Translations under genes and position numbers: made by a program
The notes under the pieces: model-generated
The model's database searches: none
Told to the model about the DNA's origin: nothing
The model's input: only the letters and a program-made list of their open reading frames with translations
Part shown: positions 1 through 10,257 of the stretch, piece by piece
How positions within the stretch are numbered: the first letter of the stretch is position 1
Layout: every line of letters starts with the position of its first letter
From: Longimicrobiales bacterium
Lineage (GTDB): Bacteria; Gemmatimonadota; Gemmatimonadetes; Longimicrobiales; Gaopeijiaceae
DNA: 64,000 nt
Reading direction: 5' to 3'
NCBI GenBank assembly: GCA_965116905.1
Contig: OZ220732.1
Coordinates: 3,616,001-3,680,000 of the forward strand

Positions 1-1121
1 CGCTCCCGCGAAACGCGCTCGGGGACGGGGTTGGAAAGGCCGGCGGCGACGGTGCCGTCACGCGGCGAGAAGGGGAAGACGTGCAGGTAGGTGAACGGCA
101 GTTCGGCGACAAGGTCGCGAGTACGGGCGTGGTCGTCGGCCGTCTCTCCGGGGAAGCCGGTGATGATGTCGGCGCCCAGGCCAACCGGCGACACCGCTTC
201 CGCAATCTGGTGGGCGCGGCGGCGGTAGTGCTCGCGGGTGTGCCAGCGCCGCATCCTGCGGAGCACGGGGTCCGCGCCGCTCTGCAGCGGCATGTGCAGG
301 TGTGGCGCAAGGCGGCCGCCCGAGGTGGCCAGCAGGTCGATCATGCCGTCGTCGATTTCGGTGGCCTCGATGCTGCCCAGCCGAAAGCGCGGACCGGGCA
401 CCTCGTCAAGCAGTCGCCGCACCAGCGCGGTGAGCGTGCCGCGCGGCTCCAGGTCTCTGCCGTAGTGGCCGATGTGCACGCCCGTGATGACCAGCTCGGG
501 GTGACTGGCCGCGAGGGCTCGGGCCTCGGCAACGACACGGTCGGGATCGCGGCTGCGGCTGCGCCCCCTGGCGAGCCTCGTCGCGCAGAAGGCGCACTTG
601 CGGTCGCAGCCGTCCTGCACCTTGAGCCAACCCCGCGTGGCCCCGGCGCGGCGGCGCAACACGGTCGCGGCGACTCCCTCCACATGGGTACGGTCGAGAC
701 GCGCGCGCGAACCAAGCTGGACGAGATCGCGGGCATCCTCCATGGCCCTTGTGGCCTCTGCCAGCACCGCGCGGGGATCGTGGCCCTCGACCACACCGTC
801 GACCTCTTCCATCCCCCTGTACGCTTCACCGCGCAACACCGCCGAACACCCGGCGACCACGACCCGCGCCCCGGGGTTGAGGCGTGCGGCCCTGCGGATG
901 TACCGCCGAGCGCCGGCATCGGCCTGGTTGGTCACGGTGCAGGTGTTGATCACGCACAGATCGGCGGATTCGAGCGAGGACGCCCGGGCGCTTCCCCCTG
1001 CCTCGATCAGCTGGCGCATGCGCTCGGTGTCGTACTGGTTGGCCTTGCAGCCGAACGTCTTGTAGTGGACTCGCGCGGCACGGCGGCCCCGCACGGGCGA
1101 GCCGGGGCGACGCTGAGACAC
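1..1121 (-). CDS. mtaB: MiaB-like tRNA methylthiotransferase (MtaB type); 3' end runs off the window
   Basis: Manual minus-strand translation from GTG 1121 gives HYKTFGCKANQYDTE, INTCTVTNQAD and the radical SAM motif LKVQDGCDRKCAFC. It is absent from the ORF track because there is no stop in the window. Confidence 0.85.
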   Translation of the reverse strand, partial: MSQRRPGSPVRGRRAARVHYKTFGCKANQYDTERMRQLIEAGGSARASSLESADLCVINTCTVTNQADAGARRYIRRAARLNPGARVVVAGCSAVLRGEAYRGMEEVDGVVEGHDPRAVLAEATRAMEDARDLVQLGSRARLDRTHVEGVAATVLRRRAGATRGWLKVQDGCDRKCAFCATRLARGRSRSRDPDRVVAEARALAASHPELVITGVHIGHYGRDLEPRGTLTALVRRLLDEVPGPRFRLGSIEATEIDDGMIDLLATSGGRLAPHLHMPLQSGADPVLRRMRRWHTREHYRRRAHQIAEAVSPVGLGADIITGFPGETADDHARTRDLVAELPFTYLHVFPFSPRDGTVAAGLSNPVPERVSRE

Positions 1122-2324
1122 CTAGGAGCTCGAGATCCCCAGGGATATCGTCGCCCGCCAGAAGTTCTCGCTCAACGGAGCGCTCACGCGCATGCCCCGC
1201 TCGGCGGCGAAGTCCATCCACCCGAACCGCACGCCTTCGACCTCCACCAGGTTCATCCCGAATCCGAGCGACCAGGAGGTTTCGGTGGCGCCGTTGTCAC
1301 TGTAGCCGAAGGGCAGCGCTGAATGCCGGTAGCCCAGGCGCAGGGGGAAGCTGCGCGTTTCGCGCTGAATCAGCTGTACTTCGAGGCCGGCCCCGTAGCT
1401 GAGCTTGTCGGTGCTCACGACTTCCGCCTCGAAGCCCTGCGCGGCAGACCAATCCTGATAGACGAAGGAGGTGTTGATGTGCAGACGCTGCGACAGTCTG
1501 CTCGTAGCTCCGCCGGACAGCCGCAGCGGTATCGAATAGGAGCGGCTCCGTTCGCCGTTGGCCAGCCTGGGCTGCTGCGTAAGGTCGGCCGACCACTCCA
1601 CGGCGCCAGCCAGGTGGATGAGGTCGTGAGGGTCCGCCATGAAACCGGCGGAAAAGGTATACCCCCCGTACCGCCAGGAGCTGTCCTCTTCGTACGAGCG
1701 CACGTCGCTCCCCACCACCAGCGAGTCGAGCGTGCGTTCGAACTCCTGGTCGATCCGGCCGAGATAGGTGCCTGCCGAGGCGCCGAGCGCGAAGCGGTCC
1801 CCCAGCCTTTGCGCCCAGCCGAGGCGCGCCACCGACGTGCCACCGTTGGTCTCGAAGCGGTCACTGACGGGTACGTCGATTCCGCCCAGACTGACAATCC
1901 GTTCCTGCTCCCCCGCCCAACGCTGCTCCATGTGCCCGCTCAGCGACACGGTGATCGTGCCCTGGGCGCTCGGCACGGGATACCCGATTCCGAGCATCGG
2001 GAAGCGGGTCGTGCGCGAGGTGCCGACCTGGCCGTCCAGGTCGAAGTCCCCCCACGTCGGCTGCATGGACACGCTCACCGTGGGAAACAGGACCTGCGCC
2101 CCCGACGCGGGATCGCTCGCGTTGACCTGCACCCCGGGCAGCCCGATTCCGAGGTTGCCCAGCGCGACGGCCCGTGCCCCGGCGGCGCCAACGGGGAGGC
2201 CGAGCGCGCGAAAGCCCACGAAGGACTGCGCGCCCGCACCGGCCGGGACGAGCGCCACGAGCAAAAGGGCCAGCGGCAGCAGGCGCAGCGGCGGGAAGCC
2301 CGGCGGTGGGATCCGGCGAACCAT
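1122..2324 (-). CDS. Putative outer-membrane beta-barrel protein (OmpP1/FadL-like)
   Basis: Signal peptide (LLPLALLLVALVPAGAGAQ), GARAVALG N-terminal motif and amphipathic beta-strands; the real start is ATG 2324, inside the track ORF 1122..3638. Confidence 0.6.
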   Translation of the reverse strand: MVRRIPPPGFPPLRLLPLALLLVALVPAGAGAQSFVGFRALGLPVGAAGARAVALGNLGIGLPGVQVNASDPASGAQVLFPTVSVSMQPTWGDFDLDGQVGTSRTTRFPMLGIGYPVPSAQGTITVSLSGHMEQRWAGEQERIVSLGGIDVPVSDRFETNGGTSVARLGWAQRLGDRFALGASAGTYLGRIDQEFERTLDSLVVGSDVRSYEEDSSWRYGGYTFSAGFMADPHDLIHLAGAVEWSADLTQQPRLANGERSRSYSIPLRLSGGATSRLSQRLHINTSFVYQDWSAAQGFEAEVVSTDKLSYGAGLEVQLIQRETRSFPLRLGYRHSALPFGYSDNGATETSWSLGFGMNLVEVEGVRFGWMDFAAERGMRVSAPLSENFWRATISLGISSS

Positions 2325-2326
2325 GA

Positions 2327-3667
2327 TCAGCCTCCGCTGCCCTGGGCGAAGTTCAGAATCATCCGCAGCCGCGGCGCGCCGGCGCCCACCGCATCCTCGA
2401 ACGACGCGTATTCGATCGTCAGTGGCTCGAAGGTCGAAAGCAGCGCCACCGTGCTGCTCACGGGGTCCCCCTCGCTGGTCTCGCCGCGAAGGAGGTCGCG
2501 GACGACGGTCGTCATCGGGACCTCGACCATCCGGCCGGCCGGCGGCCTGAACAGCTCGGGCGCGAGCGCGACACCGGTGAGGCCGGTGGTTCCCGGACCG
2601 AGGGGCGACTTCGGAAGGATGTCGGGAACCATCACCATGCGCAGATCGACGGTAAGCGTGTCGGACGGTGCGAAGGCGGGCGACTCGGCGTGGCTGGTGA
2701 GTTGCAGGGCGGCATACGATACGTGCGTCTCTGTGATCTCCAGCGGACAGCCCAGGGCCTGGCACAGCTCGGGGGGCCCGTTCAGCGTGCCGGGGATGTC
2801 CAGGTCGATCACGGTTCGCCACGCCGGAGCCCCGCCGATCCTCAGCGAGCCGTCGGGCGCCTGCGGAATGGGGTCGTAGATGAAGCTTGTGGCCTCGGTG
2901 TCCGCAAGCACTTCGACGAGCGTGTCGGGGTTGATGCTGGGCAGCGTCTCGAGCCACATGAGCGCCGAGCGCATCTGGAGGCGGACCCCCGGATGATCGG
3001 TGCTGAGGTGCACCCCGCGGGCGAGGTTCAGGGTGTCGGCCCACGATGCCACGCGCGCCGAGTCGACGGTGATGTGCAGCGAATCCCCATTTGTGGCCGG
3101 ATCCCAGACCGCGCTGCCGATCTCCTCCAGGGCGCCACCCCCCGGCTGCGACCAGAGCACGTGGTGGTCCAGCGTGTCGATGGCGTACTGCCAGTTCGCG
3201 CTGATCCCGTCCCACGGCTCCGTGGTCGCGCGCGCGATGACCTCGACGGGTCCCGGAAGAACGCTGGCCAGCGTATCGAAGCGCGCGGTGATGCGGCCCG
3301 ATAGGAAGGTCAGCGAAGAGTCCGGCCGCGTCGTCCCCGTCGTGTCGTTCACGGACACGACCGATGGGTAGCGTCCAAAGCGGAGCAGCGTGACGGCCTC
3401 CAGCCCTTCCTCGTCCACGCCCCCCGTTCCGGACCCGAACGCGTGGGCGATGAATCCGCCGCCGAGTTCGGAGGCCCTGCCGTACCCGCCGAAGACTCGC
3501 GTGCGCGTGCCGAAGTCCTCGAAGGGCAGGATCACCTCCACCGCCACACCCCCGCGGACGAGGTCGTCGGCGGCGGCGGTCGGCAGCGTCTCCTGGCAAC
3601 CGGCCAGAATCAGCCCGGCGACAAGCGCGGGGCCGCACCGGGAAGCGCCGTAGGGGCCCTCAGTCAT
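2327..3667 (-). CDS. Hypothetical lipoprotein
   Basis: Lipobox-like LILAGC; abuts its neighbours in the operon. Confidence 0.65.
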   Translation of the reverse strand: MTEGPYGASRCGPALVAGLILAGCQETLPTAAADDLVRGGVAVEVILPFEDFGTRTRVFGGYGRASELGGGFIAHAFGSGTGGVDEEGLEAVTLLRFGRYPSVVSVNDTTGTTRPDSSLTFLSGRITARFDTLASVLPGPVEVIARATTEPWDGISANWQYAIDTLDHHVLWSQPGGGALEEIGSAVWDPATNGDSLHITVDSARVASWADTLNLARGVHLSTDHPGVRLQMRSALMWLETLPSINPDTLVEVLADTEATSFIYDPIPQAPDGSLRIGGAPAWRTVIDLDIPGTLNGPPELCQALGCPLEITETHVSYAALQLTSHAESPAFAPSDTLTVDLRMVMVPDILPKSPLGPGTTGLTGVALAPELFRPPAGRMVEVPMTTVVRDLLRGETSEGDPVSSTVALLSTFEPLTIEYASFEDAVGAGAPRLRMILNFAQGSGG

Positions 3668-4058
3668 CGGTGAGCGCGAAGACCTCGGGGATCAACTGCT
3701 GAAGCGTCCAACGCTTGTTCTCCTTCCTTCCAATCCCGAATACTTCCAACCCGGTCCCAAACTCGGCGAGCACCTGGCGGCACGCCCCGCACGGCGCCAC
3801 GGCCCGGTCGCCCTCCGTGGCCACGACAAGGCGCCGGAAGCTCCGGTGACCCTGGGCCACCGCCGCCGCCAGCGCCCCTCGTTCGGCACAGATGGTTAGA
3901 CCGTATGAGGCGTTCTCAACGTTGCATCCGGTGAACACCGCGCCGGATTCGGTCTCGAGCGCCGCCCCCACCCGGAACCGCGAGTACGGGGCGTACGCGC
4001 GGCTCGACACTTCTCTGGCCAACTCCTTCAACCGCTCCAGCGGAACGTGACTGCTCAT
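3660..4058 (-). CDS. cdd: Cytidine deaminase
   Basis: AYAPYSRFRVGAAL, GCNVENASYGLTICAER and PCGACRQ zinc motifs; ATGA overlap with the alr stop. Confidence 0.95.
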   Translation of the reverse strand: MSSHVPLERLKELAREVSSRAYAPYSRFRVGAALETESGAVFTGCNVENASYGLTICAERGALAAAVAQGHRSFRRLVVATEGDRAVAPCGACRQVLAEFGTGLEVFGIGRKENKRWTLQQLIPEVFALTDD

Positions 4059-5191
4059 GTTCGTACTCTGGGCAACCGGGGTGAGAGTCCCGTCAGGATC
4101 TCGTAGCCGATGGTGCCCGCCGACTCGGCGACCTCCTCCAGAGACAACTCGGCTCCGCCATCGCGCCCGACAAACGTAACGATATCTCCGACGGAAACAT
4201 CCCCCGGGATGCGTACCACGGTCGTATCCATGGAGATCCGTCCCACGATCGGCACCCTGCGGCCCCCGGCGATCGCCCGTCCGCGGTTGCCGAGGACCCT
4301 GGGCAGCCCGTCGCCGTAGCCGATGCCGACCGCGGCCCAGCGCTCCGTCTCGCGTGCCGTGTAGGTCGCGCCGTAGCCGAGCGTCGTGCCCGGGGGAACA
4401 TCGCGCACGAGCACCACCCGTGCCCGCACGGCCGCAACAGGCCGCGGCGGGTTGGCGGGATCGCCAATATCGCCTCCGTAGAGGTAGATGCCGGGACGAA
4501 TCGCGTTGGCCGTGCGCGAAAGCAGCCGGAGCGAGCCCGCGCTGTTCGCGCAGTGGACCAGGACATCCGGTTCGATGCCCCCGGCAGCGCGTACGAACTC
4601 GTCGAACCGGGCAACTTGCTCGCGTGCGCTGCCCAGATCGGCGTGGTCGGCGGAGTGGAGGTGCGTGAAGACCCCGAACAGGCGAAGGCCGTCCCCGGTG
4701 ACACGCGTGACCTCGGGCCACCACGCGGCCGCATCGTCGAGGCTGAAGCCGGCCCGGCCCATGCCGGTGTCGACCTCGACCTGAAACGGGATCGCGGTTC
4801 GGGGTGCGGGCGCCGGCACCGCGAGCCGGCTGAGCGCGGACAGGGTCTCGAGGTCGGAGACGGTGGGGACCAGGCCCGCGGTCACGCAGCGGCGCAGGGC
4901 ATCGTGCGTCAGCGGGCTGTAGACCATGACCGGTTCGGGGACTCCGAGCCGCAGCAGCTCGAGCCCCTCGTCCAGCGTGGCCACACCGTAGCCGAACGGC
5001 GCGGCCGGGCGAATCGCCTCCAGGACGTGCCGCACGCCGAGGCCGTAGCCGTCGGCCTTGACCATGGCGACCAGCTTGACGTGCGCACCCGCGACCTCGC
5101 GCACGCGATCGAGATTGCGTCGGATGGCGGCGAGGTCGACTTCGACCCATGCGCGGTCGCGGGGGTGGGTGGGGCGGTGGGCGGGAGACAC
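4055..5191 (-). CDS. alr: Alanine racemase
   Basis: AMVKADGYG (PLP lysine), VDTGMGRAG, GIGYGDG and GRISMD; start GTG 5191 is inferred. Confidence 0.93.
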   Translation of the reverse strand: MSPAHRPTHPRDRAWVEVDLAAIRRNLDRVREVAGAHVKLVAMVKADGYGLGVRHVLEAIRPAAPFGYGVATLDEGLELLRLGVPEPVMVYSPLTHDALRRCVTAGLVPTVSDLETLSALSRLAVPAPAPRTAIPFQVEVDTGMGRAGFSLDDAAAWWPEVTRVTGDGLRLFGVFTHLHSADHADLGSAREQVARFDEFVRAAGGIEPDVLVHCANSAGSLRLLSRTANAIRPGIYLYGGDIGDPANPPRPVAAVRARVVLVRDVPPGTTLGYGATYTARETERWAAVGIGYGDGLPRVLGNRGRAIAGGRRVPIVGRISMDTTVVRIPGDVSVGDIVTFVGRDGGAELSLEEVAESAGTIGYEILTGLSPRLPRVRT

Positions 5192-5277
5192 GGGCGCGGG
5201 CTGTGGAGGGTCGAATGTGGTTCGCGAGATAATATGACACGTCGCGCGCCCATGCGTAACTTCGCGCGGGACCGCCG

Positions 5278-5733
5278 ATGATCCGACCCGGGGGGTGCGA
5301 ATTGGACGAAGGGGACAACAACCGCGACGCCATGGCCGACGCCCTGGCGGTCCAGCACAGGGCAAGTACCGTGGGGTTCGATTGGCAGGCGCCCGCCGGG
5401 GCGCTGGAAAAGGTCTTCGAGGAGGCCGGGGAAGTCGCCAGGGCCGACTCCCCCGCAGCCGTTCAGGCCGAGCTGGGTGACCTGCTGTTCGCGGTTGTGA
5501 ATTTCGCCCGTCTCGCGCACGTGGATCCCGCCGAGGCGCTGGACCAGGCAACGCGCAAGTTCCGGACGCGCTTCCGCGAAGTGGAGCGGCTGGCCCGGGC
5601 ACGCGGACTGCCGTTGCCCGGAACCGCCCTGGAAGTGCTGGACGGGATCTGGGATGAGGTCAAGCAGCGGGAGCACCAGCAGCGCCCGGAGCACCAGCAG
5701 CGCCCGGAGCACCAGGAGCGCCCGGGCCGCTAG
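5278..5733 (+). CDS. Single-domain MazG-family NTP pyrophosphohydrolase
   Basis: VGFDW, EKVFEEAGEV, ELGDLLFAVVN and KFRTRF match the C-terminal MazG domain; the start is uncertain. Confidence 0.8.
   Translation: MIRPGGCELDEGDNNRDAMADALAVQHRASTVGFDWQAPAGALEKVFEEAGEVARADSPAAVQAELGDLLFAVVNFARLAHVDPAEALDQATRKFRTRFREVERLARARGLPLPGTALEVLDGIWDEVKQREHQQRPEHQQRPEHQERPGR
5671..5724 (+). repeat. 18-bp tandem repeat x3 encoding EHQQRP
   Basis: GAGCACCAGCAGCGCCCG at 5671, 5689 and 5707 (one mismatch in the third copy). Confidence 0.95.
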
Positions 5734-6776
5734 TAGCCGGCCCGCTTGTCGACCAGGTTGCGCAGAGGCTCGCCGCGCACGAACCGGGCGATGTTGTTGG
5801 TGATCAGGTCGGTTTCGCGGTCCCAGAACCGGCGAGTGGTCGCGGACACGTGCGGGGTCATCACCACGTTCGGGTGCCCATAGAACGGATGCCCGCCGGG
5901 CAGGGGTTCCTTTCGGAACACGTCGAGCCCGGCTCCGCGCAGGTGACCCGAGTCCAGCGCTTCCAGCAACGCATCTTCGTCGAGCAGCCGTCCGCGCGCC
6001 ACGTTGATCAGGACGGCCCCCGGCTTCATCGCGAGCAGCCTGTCGCGGGTCATCATCCCCCGCGTTTCGTCGGTCTCGGGAACCGTCAGCACCAGGTAGT
6101 CCGCCTGTGACAGGACGCGGCCCAGCCCCTCCTGCCCGGCAACCACGTCCACGCCATCTCCACCCCGCTCCGCCCGCCGCCTGCGCACCGCCCGCCGTCT
6201 GCGCACCGCCAGCACCCTGCAGCCCAGGGCAGCGGCCTTGCGCGCCACCGCCCTGCCGATCCCGCCGTACCCGACGATGCCCACCGTGGCTCCGCCCACC
6301 TCCGTGACCGGCGCATCCGCCGCCCAGTACGACGGCGCGCTCCACAGCCCTTCGCGCTGGGCCCGCACGGCCAGGTCGAGACCGCGCGCGAAGTGGAAGA
6401 TCATCGCGAGCACCGTCTCCGACATCGGCTCGGCATGGATGCCCGCCGAGTTGGTGAACAGGATGTCCCTGGACCGCATCTCGGGCCCCAGCGAGGACCC
6501 CACGCCAGCGGCTCCCGAGTGCACCCACTCGAGCCCGGGGGCGGCTTCGAGCACCTCCGCAGGGATCCCGTACCCCATGTACACGCGCGCCGACCTCACC
6601 GCCTCCAGCAACTCGGGTGGAGCGCGCTGCACGCCATCGCCCGAACCGTCGGCCGGCGTTTCCATGAACGTCACCGTCCAGTCGGCCGGCACCGCCGCGG
6701 CAATTCGCTCGCGCGCCCGGTCCGGCAGCGCCCAGATCGGCCGCCGGTCCATGAGATCGATGACCAGCGTGGCCAC
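5730..6776 (-). CDS. D-2-hydroxyacid dehydrogenase
   Basis: GIVGYGGIG, LINVARG, AGLDVFRKEPL and TPHVS motifs. Confidence 0.9.
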   Translation of the reverse strand: MATLVIDLMDRRPIWALPDRARERIAAAVPADWTVTFMETPADGSGDGVQRAPPELLEAVRSARVYMGYGIPAEVLEAAPGLEWVHSGAAGVGSSLGPEMRSRDILFTNSAGIHAEPMSETVLAMIFHFARGLDLAVRAQREGLWSAPSYWAADAPVTEVGGATVGIVGYGGIGRAVARKAAALGCRVLAVRRRRAVRRRRAERGGDGVDVVAGQEGLGRVLSQADYLVLTVPETDETRGMMTRDRLLAMKPGAVLINVARGRLLDEDALLEALDSGHLRGAGLDVFRKEPLPGGHPFYGHPNVVMTPHVSATTRRFWDRETDLITNNIARFVRGEPLRNLVDKRAGY

Positions 6777-6778
6777 GC

Positions 6779-8065
6779 TCAGGGCGTCAGGCGGTTGATC
6801 AGGCGCGGGAACGGAACGAGTTCGCGAATATGCGGCCGTCCCGTGATCCAGCCCACCGTCCGCTCAACCCCCAATCCGAAGCCGGAGTGGGGAAAGGTCC
6901 CGAACTTCCGCAGGTCCAGGTACCAGTTGTAGGCCTCCTCGGGAAGTCCCTCTTCGCGGATCCGCGCGAGCAGACGGTCGTGGTCGTCTTCCCGCTGGCT
7001 GCCTCCGATGATCTCGCCATAGCCGTCGGGGGCGAGCAGGTCGTTGCAGAGAACGGTGCGCGGATCGGCGGGGTTCTCCTTCATGTAGAAGGCCTTCGCC
7101 TCCTTCGGGTAGTTGTAGACGAAGACAGGGCAGTCGAACCAGCCTGAAATGAGCGTCTCCTCGACGACCCCCAGATCCCTGCCCCACTCGAACTCCCGTC
7201 CCTCGTCATTCAGCCGCTCGACCGCATCGCTGTAGCTGATCCGGGGAAACGGCGCGACCACCGACTCCAGCCGGCTCCGATCCCGGCCGAGCACCTCCAA
7301 CTCCGGACCGCAGCGCTCCAGGGCGCGTTCGACCATGTAGCAGACGAAGGACTCCTGAAGGGTCATGTTCTCGTCGGAATCGGCGAACGCGACCTCGGGC
7401 TCGACCATCCAGAACTCGGTCAGATGCCGCCGCGTCTTCGACTTTTCGGCGCGGAAGGTCGGCCCGAAGCAGTAGACCTTGCGGAACGCCGGGCAGGCGC
7501 TCTCCACATAGAGCTGGCCGGTCTGGGCCAGGAACGCGCGTTCGCCGAAATAGTCGGTCTCGAAGAGCGTGCCCGCGGACTCGCCGATCGCCCCGGTCAG
7601 GATCGGCGTGTCGATCCGCACGAAGTCGCGCTCGTACAGGAAGTCGTGAATGGCCTGTTCCACCTCCGCGCGCACCCTCAGCCCCGCGCGCTGGCGGCTG
7701 GACCGCAGCCACAGGTGACGGTGGTCCAGAAGGAACTCGACGCCGTGCTCCTTGGGTTGAATCGGATACTCGTCGCTGGCTCCGATGATCTCCACCTCGG
7801 AAACCGTGAGTTCGTATCCGCCCGGTGCCCTGGCGTCCTCCCGCACCACGCCGCCGACCGTCACACAGCTCTCCTGCGTGAGCGAGGTGACGAGTTCCCA
7901 GGTGTCTTCCGACACGGCGGACTTGACGACGACGCCCTGCACCACGCCGGTGCCGTCGCGCACGACCACGAAGGCGACTCTGGCGTGAACCCGGACGGAG
8001 GCGATCCAGCCCGAAACGGTGACCGCCTGTTCGGCCAGGCGGGGCAAGTCTTTGACCAGGGACAT
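6779..8065 (-). CDS. asnS: Asparagine--tRNA ligase
   Basis: HRHLWLRS, LAQTGQLY, FRAEKSKTRRHLTEFWM, GEIIGGSQRE and PHSGFGLGVER. Confidence 0.95.
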   Translation of the reverse strand: MSLVKDLPRLAEQAVTVSGWIASVRVHARVAFVVVRDGTGVVQGVVVKSAVSEDTWELVTSLTQESCVTVGGVVREDARAPGGYELTVSEVEIIGASDEYPIQPKEHGVEFLLDHRHLWLRSSRQRAGLRVRAEVEQAIHDFLYERDFVRIDTPILTGAIGESAGTLFETDYFGERAFLAQTGQLYVESACPAFRKVYCFGPTFRAEKSKTRRHLTEFWMVEPEVAFADSDENMTLQESFVCYMVERALERCGPELEVLGRDRSRLESVVAPFPRISYSDAVERLNDEGREFEWGRDLGVVEETLISGWFDCPVFVYNYPKEAKAFYMKENPADPRTVLCNDLLAPDGYGEIIGGSQREDDHDRLLARIREEGLPEEAYNWYLDLRKFGTFPHSGFGLGVERTVGWITGRPHIRELVPFPRLINRLTP

Positions 8066-8100
8066 TGGATTCGGAAGCTACCGGAAGCGTGCCGGCCGGT

Positions 8101-10257
8101 TCAACCCAGCCCGAAGAGTTTCAGCCTGTCGCCGTAGCGCCGCTCCAGGAGGAATCGGACCAGCGCGTTGCCGCCATCGGTCAGCAGGGGATCGGCGTCG
8201 ACCAGGGCGCGGGCGCGGTCCCGGGCGGGGGCAACGAGGTCGCCGTGCCTGAGGATATCGGCGAATCGCAGGTCCGTCCGGTGCCCGTGCTGCTCCGCCC
8301 CGAAGAGGTCCCCCTGCCCGCGGATGCGAAGGTCCTCCGCCGCGATCTCGAAGCCGTCGGTCGTCCGGGCGAAGGCCCGCAGCCGTTCGTCCGCCCCCTC
8401 CGCGCCGTCGGAGATCACGAAACACACGCCCCCGTGGTCGCCACGCCCGATCCTGCCGCGCAGCTGGTGGAGCTGGCTCAGTCCGAAGCGCTCCGCGTTC
8501 TCGATGACCATGGCGGTGGCGTTGGGCACATCGATCCCCACCTCGATCACGGTGGTGGACACGAGCACGTCCACATGGCCGGCCAGGAACGCGCGCATGA
8601 TCCGGTCCTTCTCCTCGCCGGGTATCCGTCCATGCAGCAGCGCGACCTCACGCCCCGCGAAGTCCTCGCGCCGGAGCCGCTCGAACTCGGTCTCGGCGGC
8701 GCGCAGCTCCGTCTTCGCGGACTCCTCGATGACGGGGTAGACGACGTACGCCTGCTGTCCCCTGTCGAGCCTTTCCGCGACCTCGCGGAACACCTCGGTG
8801 CGTTCCTCCGGCCCCGCCAGCCGCGTGGTGACGGGCTGCCGGCCCGGGGGGAGTTCGTCGATCACGCTGATGTCGAGATGGCCGTGCATCGCCATGGCGA
8901 GCGAGCGCGGGATCGGCGTGGCCGACATGACCAGGACATCCGGGGCCGGATCGCGTTCCGCGAGGGCCATGCGCTGCCGGACGCCGAAACGGTGCTGCTC
9001 GTCGACCACCACGAGGCCGAGCGCGTGGAAGTCGACCCCTTCCTGGATGAGCGCGTGCGTGCCGACCACGAGCCTGGCGTCACCGCCCGCGATCCGGGCG
9101 CGGGCAGCCTTGCGGCGGGCGCCGGTCATGGAGCCCGCCAGCAGCGCGACATCCAGCCCCAGCTCGCCGATTCGCTGCGCGTGTTGCTCGGCGAGGATCT
9201 CGGTCGGCGCCATCATTGCCGCCTGGTATCCTCCTTCGACGGCCAGCAGCATGGCGAAAAGGGCAACCAGCGTCTTGCCGGAACCCACGTCGCCCTGGAG
9301 CATCCGATTCATGCGGCGCGCGGAGGTCATGTCGGCATAGATCTCGCGCAGGACCGCGATCTGGGCGCCGGTAAGCCTGAACGGCAGCCGTTCGTGAAGC
9401 GCCCTGATGAGCTCGTTGGTGCGCCGGAACGCGATTCCGGGCCGTTCGCGCGTGGCGCGGTAGCGCTCCCTGGCCTGCAGAAGCTGAAGAAAGAAGAGTT
9501 CGTCGTACGCGAGCCGGCGTTTGGCGTCGTCGACCTGCGCGAGGGAGCGCGGGCGGTGCAGCGTCTCGAGCGCGTCGGGGAGTTCCATCAGATCCCCCCG
9601 GACCCGGGGTGGCAGATACTCCTCGGCGCGCACCTGTTTGAGGAGCCAGTCCAGGTTCTGTGAGAAAACACGCCGGAAGATCCATTGGGGCAGTTCGTCG
9701 GACGCGGGATAGATGGCGAAGATCCTGCCGGGCGAGTCGGGCGAGTCGGGCGTGCCAGGCGAATCCGGCGTGCCGGGCGTGTCGGGCGTGCGGGGCGAAT
9801 CCGGCGTGCCGGGCGTGCCGGGCGTACCCGGCCGCCGCGGGCCATCCGACGCTCGCGCCAGGAGCGTATGCTCCCGCGGCTGAATCTGGCGGCCGTGAAA
9901 GAACTTGACCGGGCCGGTGACGAGGATCCGGTCGCCCTCCCGCATTCCGCGCTCGACCCAAGGCTGCCCCGGCCAGGCACACGTCATGATCCCGGTGTCG
10001 TCCTGGATGACGGCCTGGAAGATGCGCAGCCCCGACCGCGTGGGGACCACGCCCTTGCTCCGCACTTCTCCCACCGCCGTCACATCCATGCCGACCTGCG
10101 CGAGCGCAAGGGGCGTGATGGTCGAGGCGTCGTCGTAGCGCCGCGGAACGTGGTAGAGCAGGTCTCTTGCGCAAAGGATGCCCATGCGCGCCAGGGCTTC
10201 CGCCCGCCTCGGCCCGACGCCCTTGAGAAACTGCACCGGTTTGTCGAGGAGGGTCAT
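8101..10257 (-). CDS. recG: ATP-dependent DNA helicase RecG
   Basis: LKGVGP, QGDVGSGKT, VVDEQHRFG, MSATPIPR and QLHQLRGRIGRG. Confidence 0.97.
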   Translation of the reverse strand: MTLLDKPVQFLKGVGPRRAEALARMGILCARDLLYHVPRRYDDASTITPLALAQVGMDVTAVGEVRSKGVVPTRSGLRIFQAVIQDDTGIMTCAWPGQPWVERGMREGDRILVTGPVKFFHGRQIQPREHTLLARASDGPRRPGTPGTPGTPDSPRTPDTPGTPDSPGTPDSPDSPGRIFAIYPASDELPQWIFRRVFSQNLDWLLKQVRAEEYLPPRVRGDLMELPDALETLHRPRSLAQVDDAKRRLAYDELFFLQLLQARERYRATRERPGIAFRRTNELIRALHERLPFRLTGAQIAVLREIYADMTSARRMNRMLQGDVGSGKTLVALFAMLLAVEGGYQAAMMAPTEILAEQHAQRIGELGLDVALLAGSMTGARRKAARARIAGGDARLVVGTHALIQEGVDFHALGLVVVDEQHRFGVRQRMALAERDPAPDVLVMSATPIPRSLAMAMHGHLDISVIDELPPGRQPVTTRLAGPEERTEVFREVAERLDRGQQAYVVYPVIEESAKTELRAAETEFERLRREDFAGREVALLHGRIPGEEKDRIMRAFLAGHVDVLVSTTVIEVGIDVPNATAMVIENAERFGLSQLHQLRGRIGRGDHGGVCFVISDGAEGADERLRAFARTTDGFEIAAEDLRIRGQGDLFGAEQHGHRTDLRFADILRHGDLVAPARDRARALVDADPLLTDGGNALVRFLLERRYGDRLKLFGLG
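9727..9834 (-). repeat. Degenerate 9-bp tandem repeat (about 12 units) in recG
   Basis: Plus-strand units such as GCCGGGCGT, GTCGGGCGA and ATCCGGCGT; they encode PGTPGTPGTPDSPRTPDTPGTPDSPGTPDSPDSPG. Confidence 0.9.
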
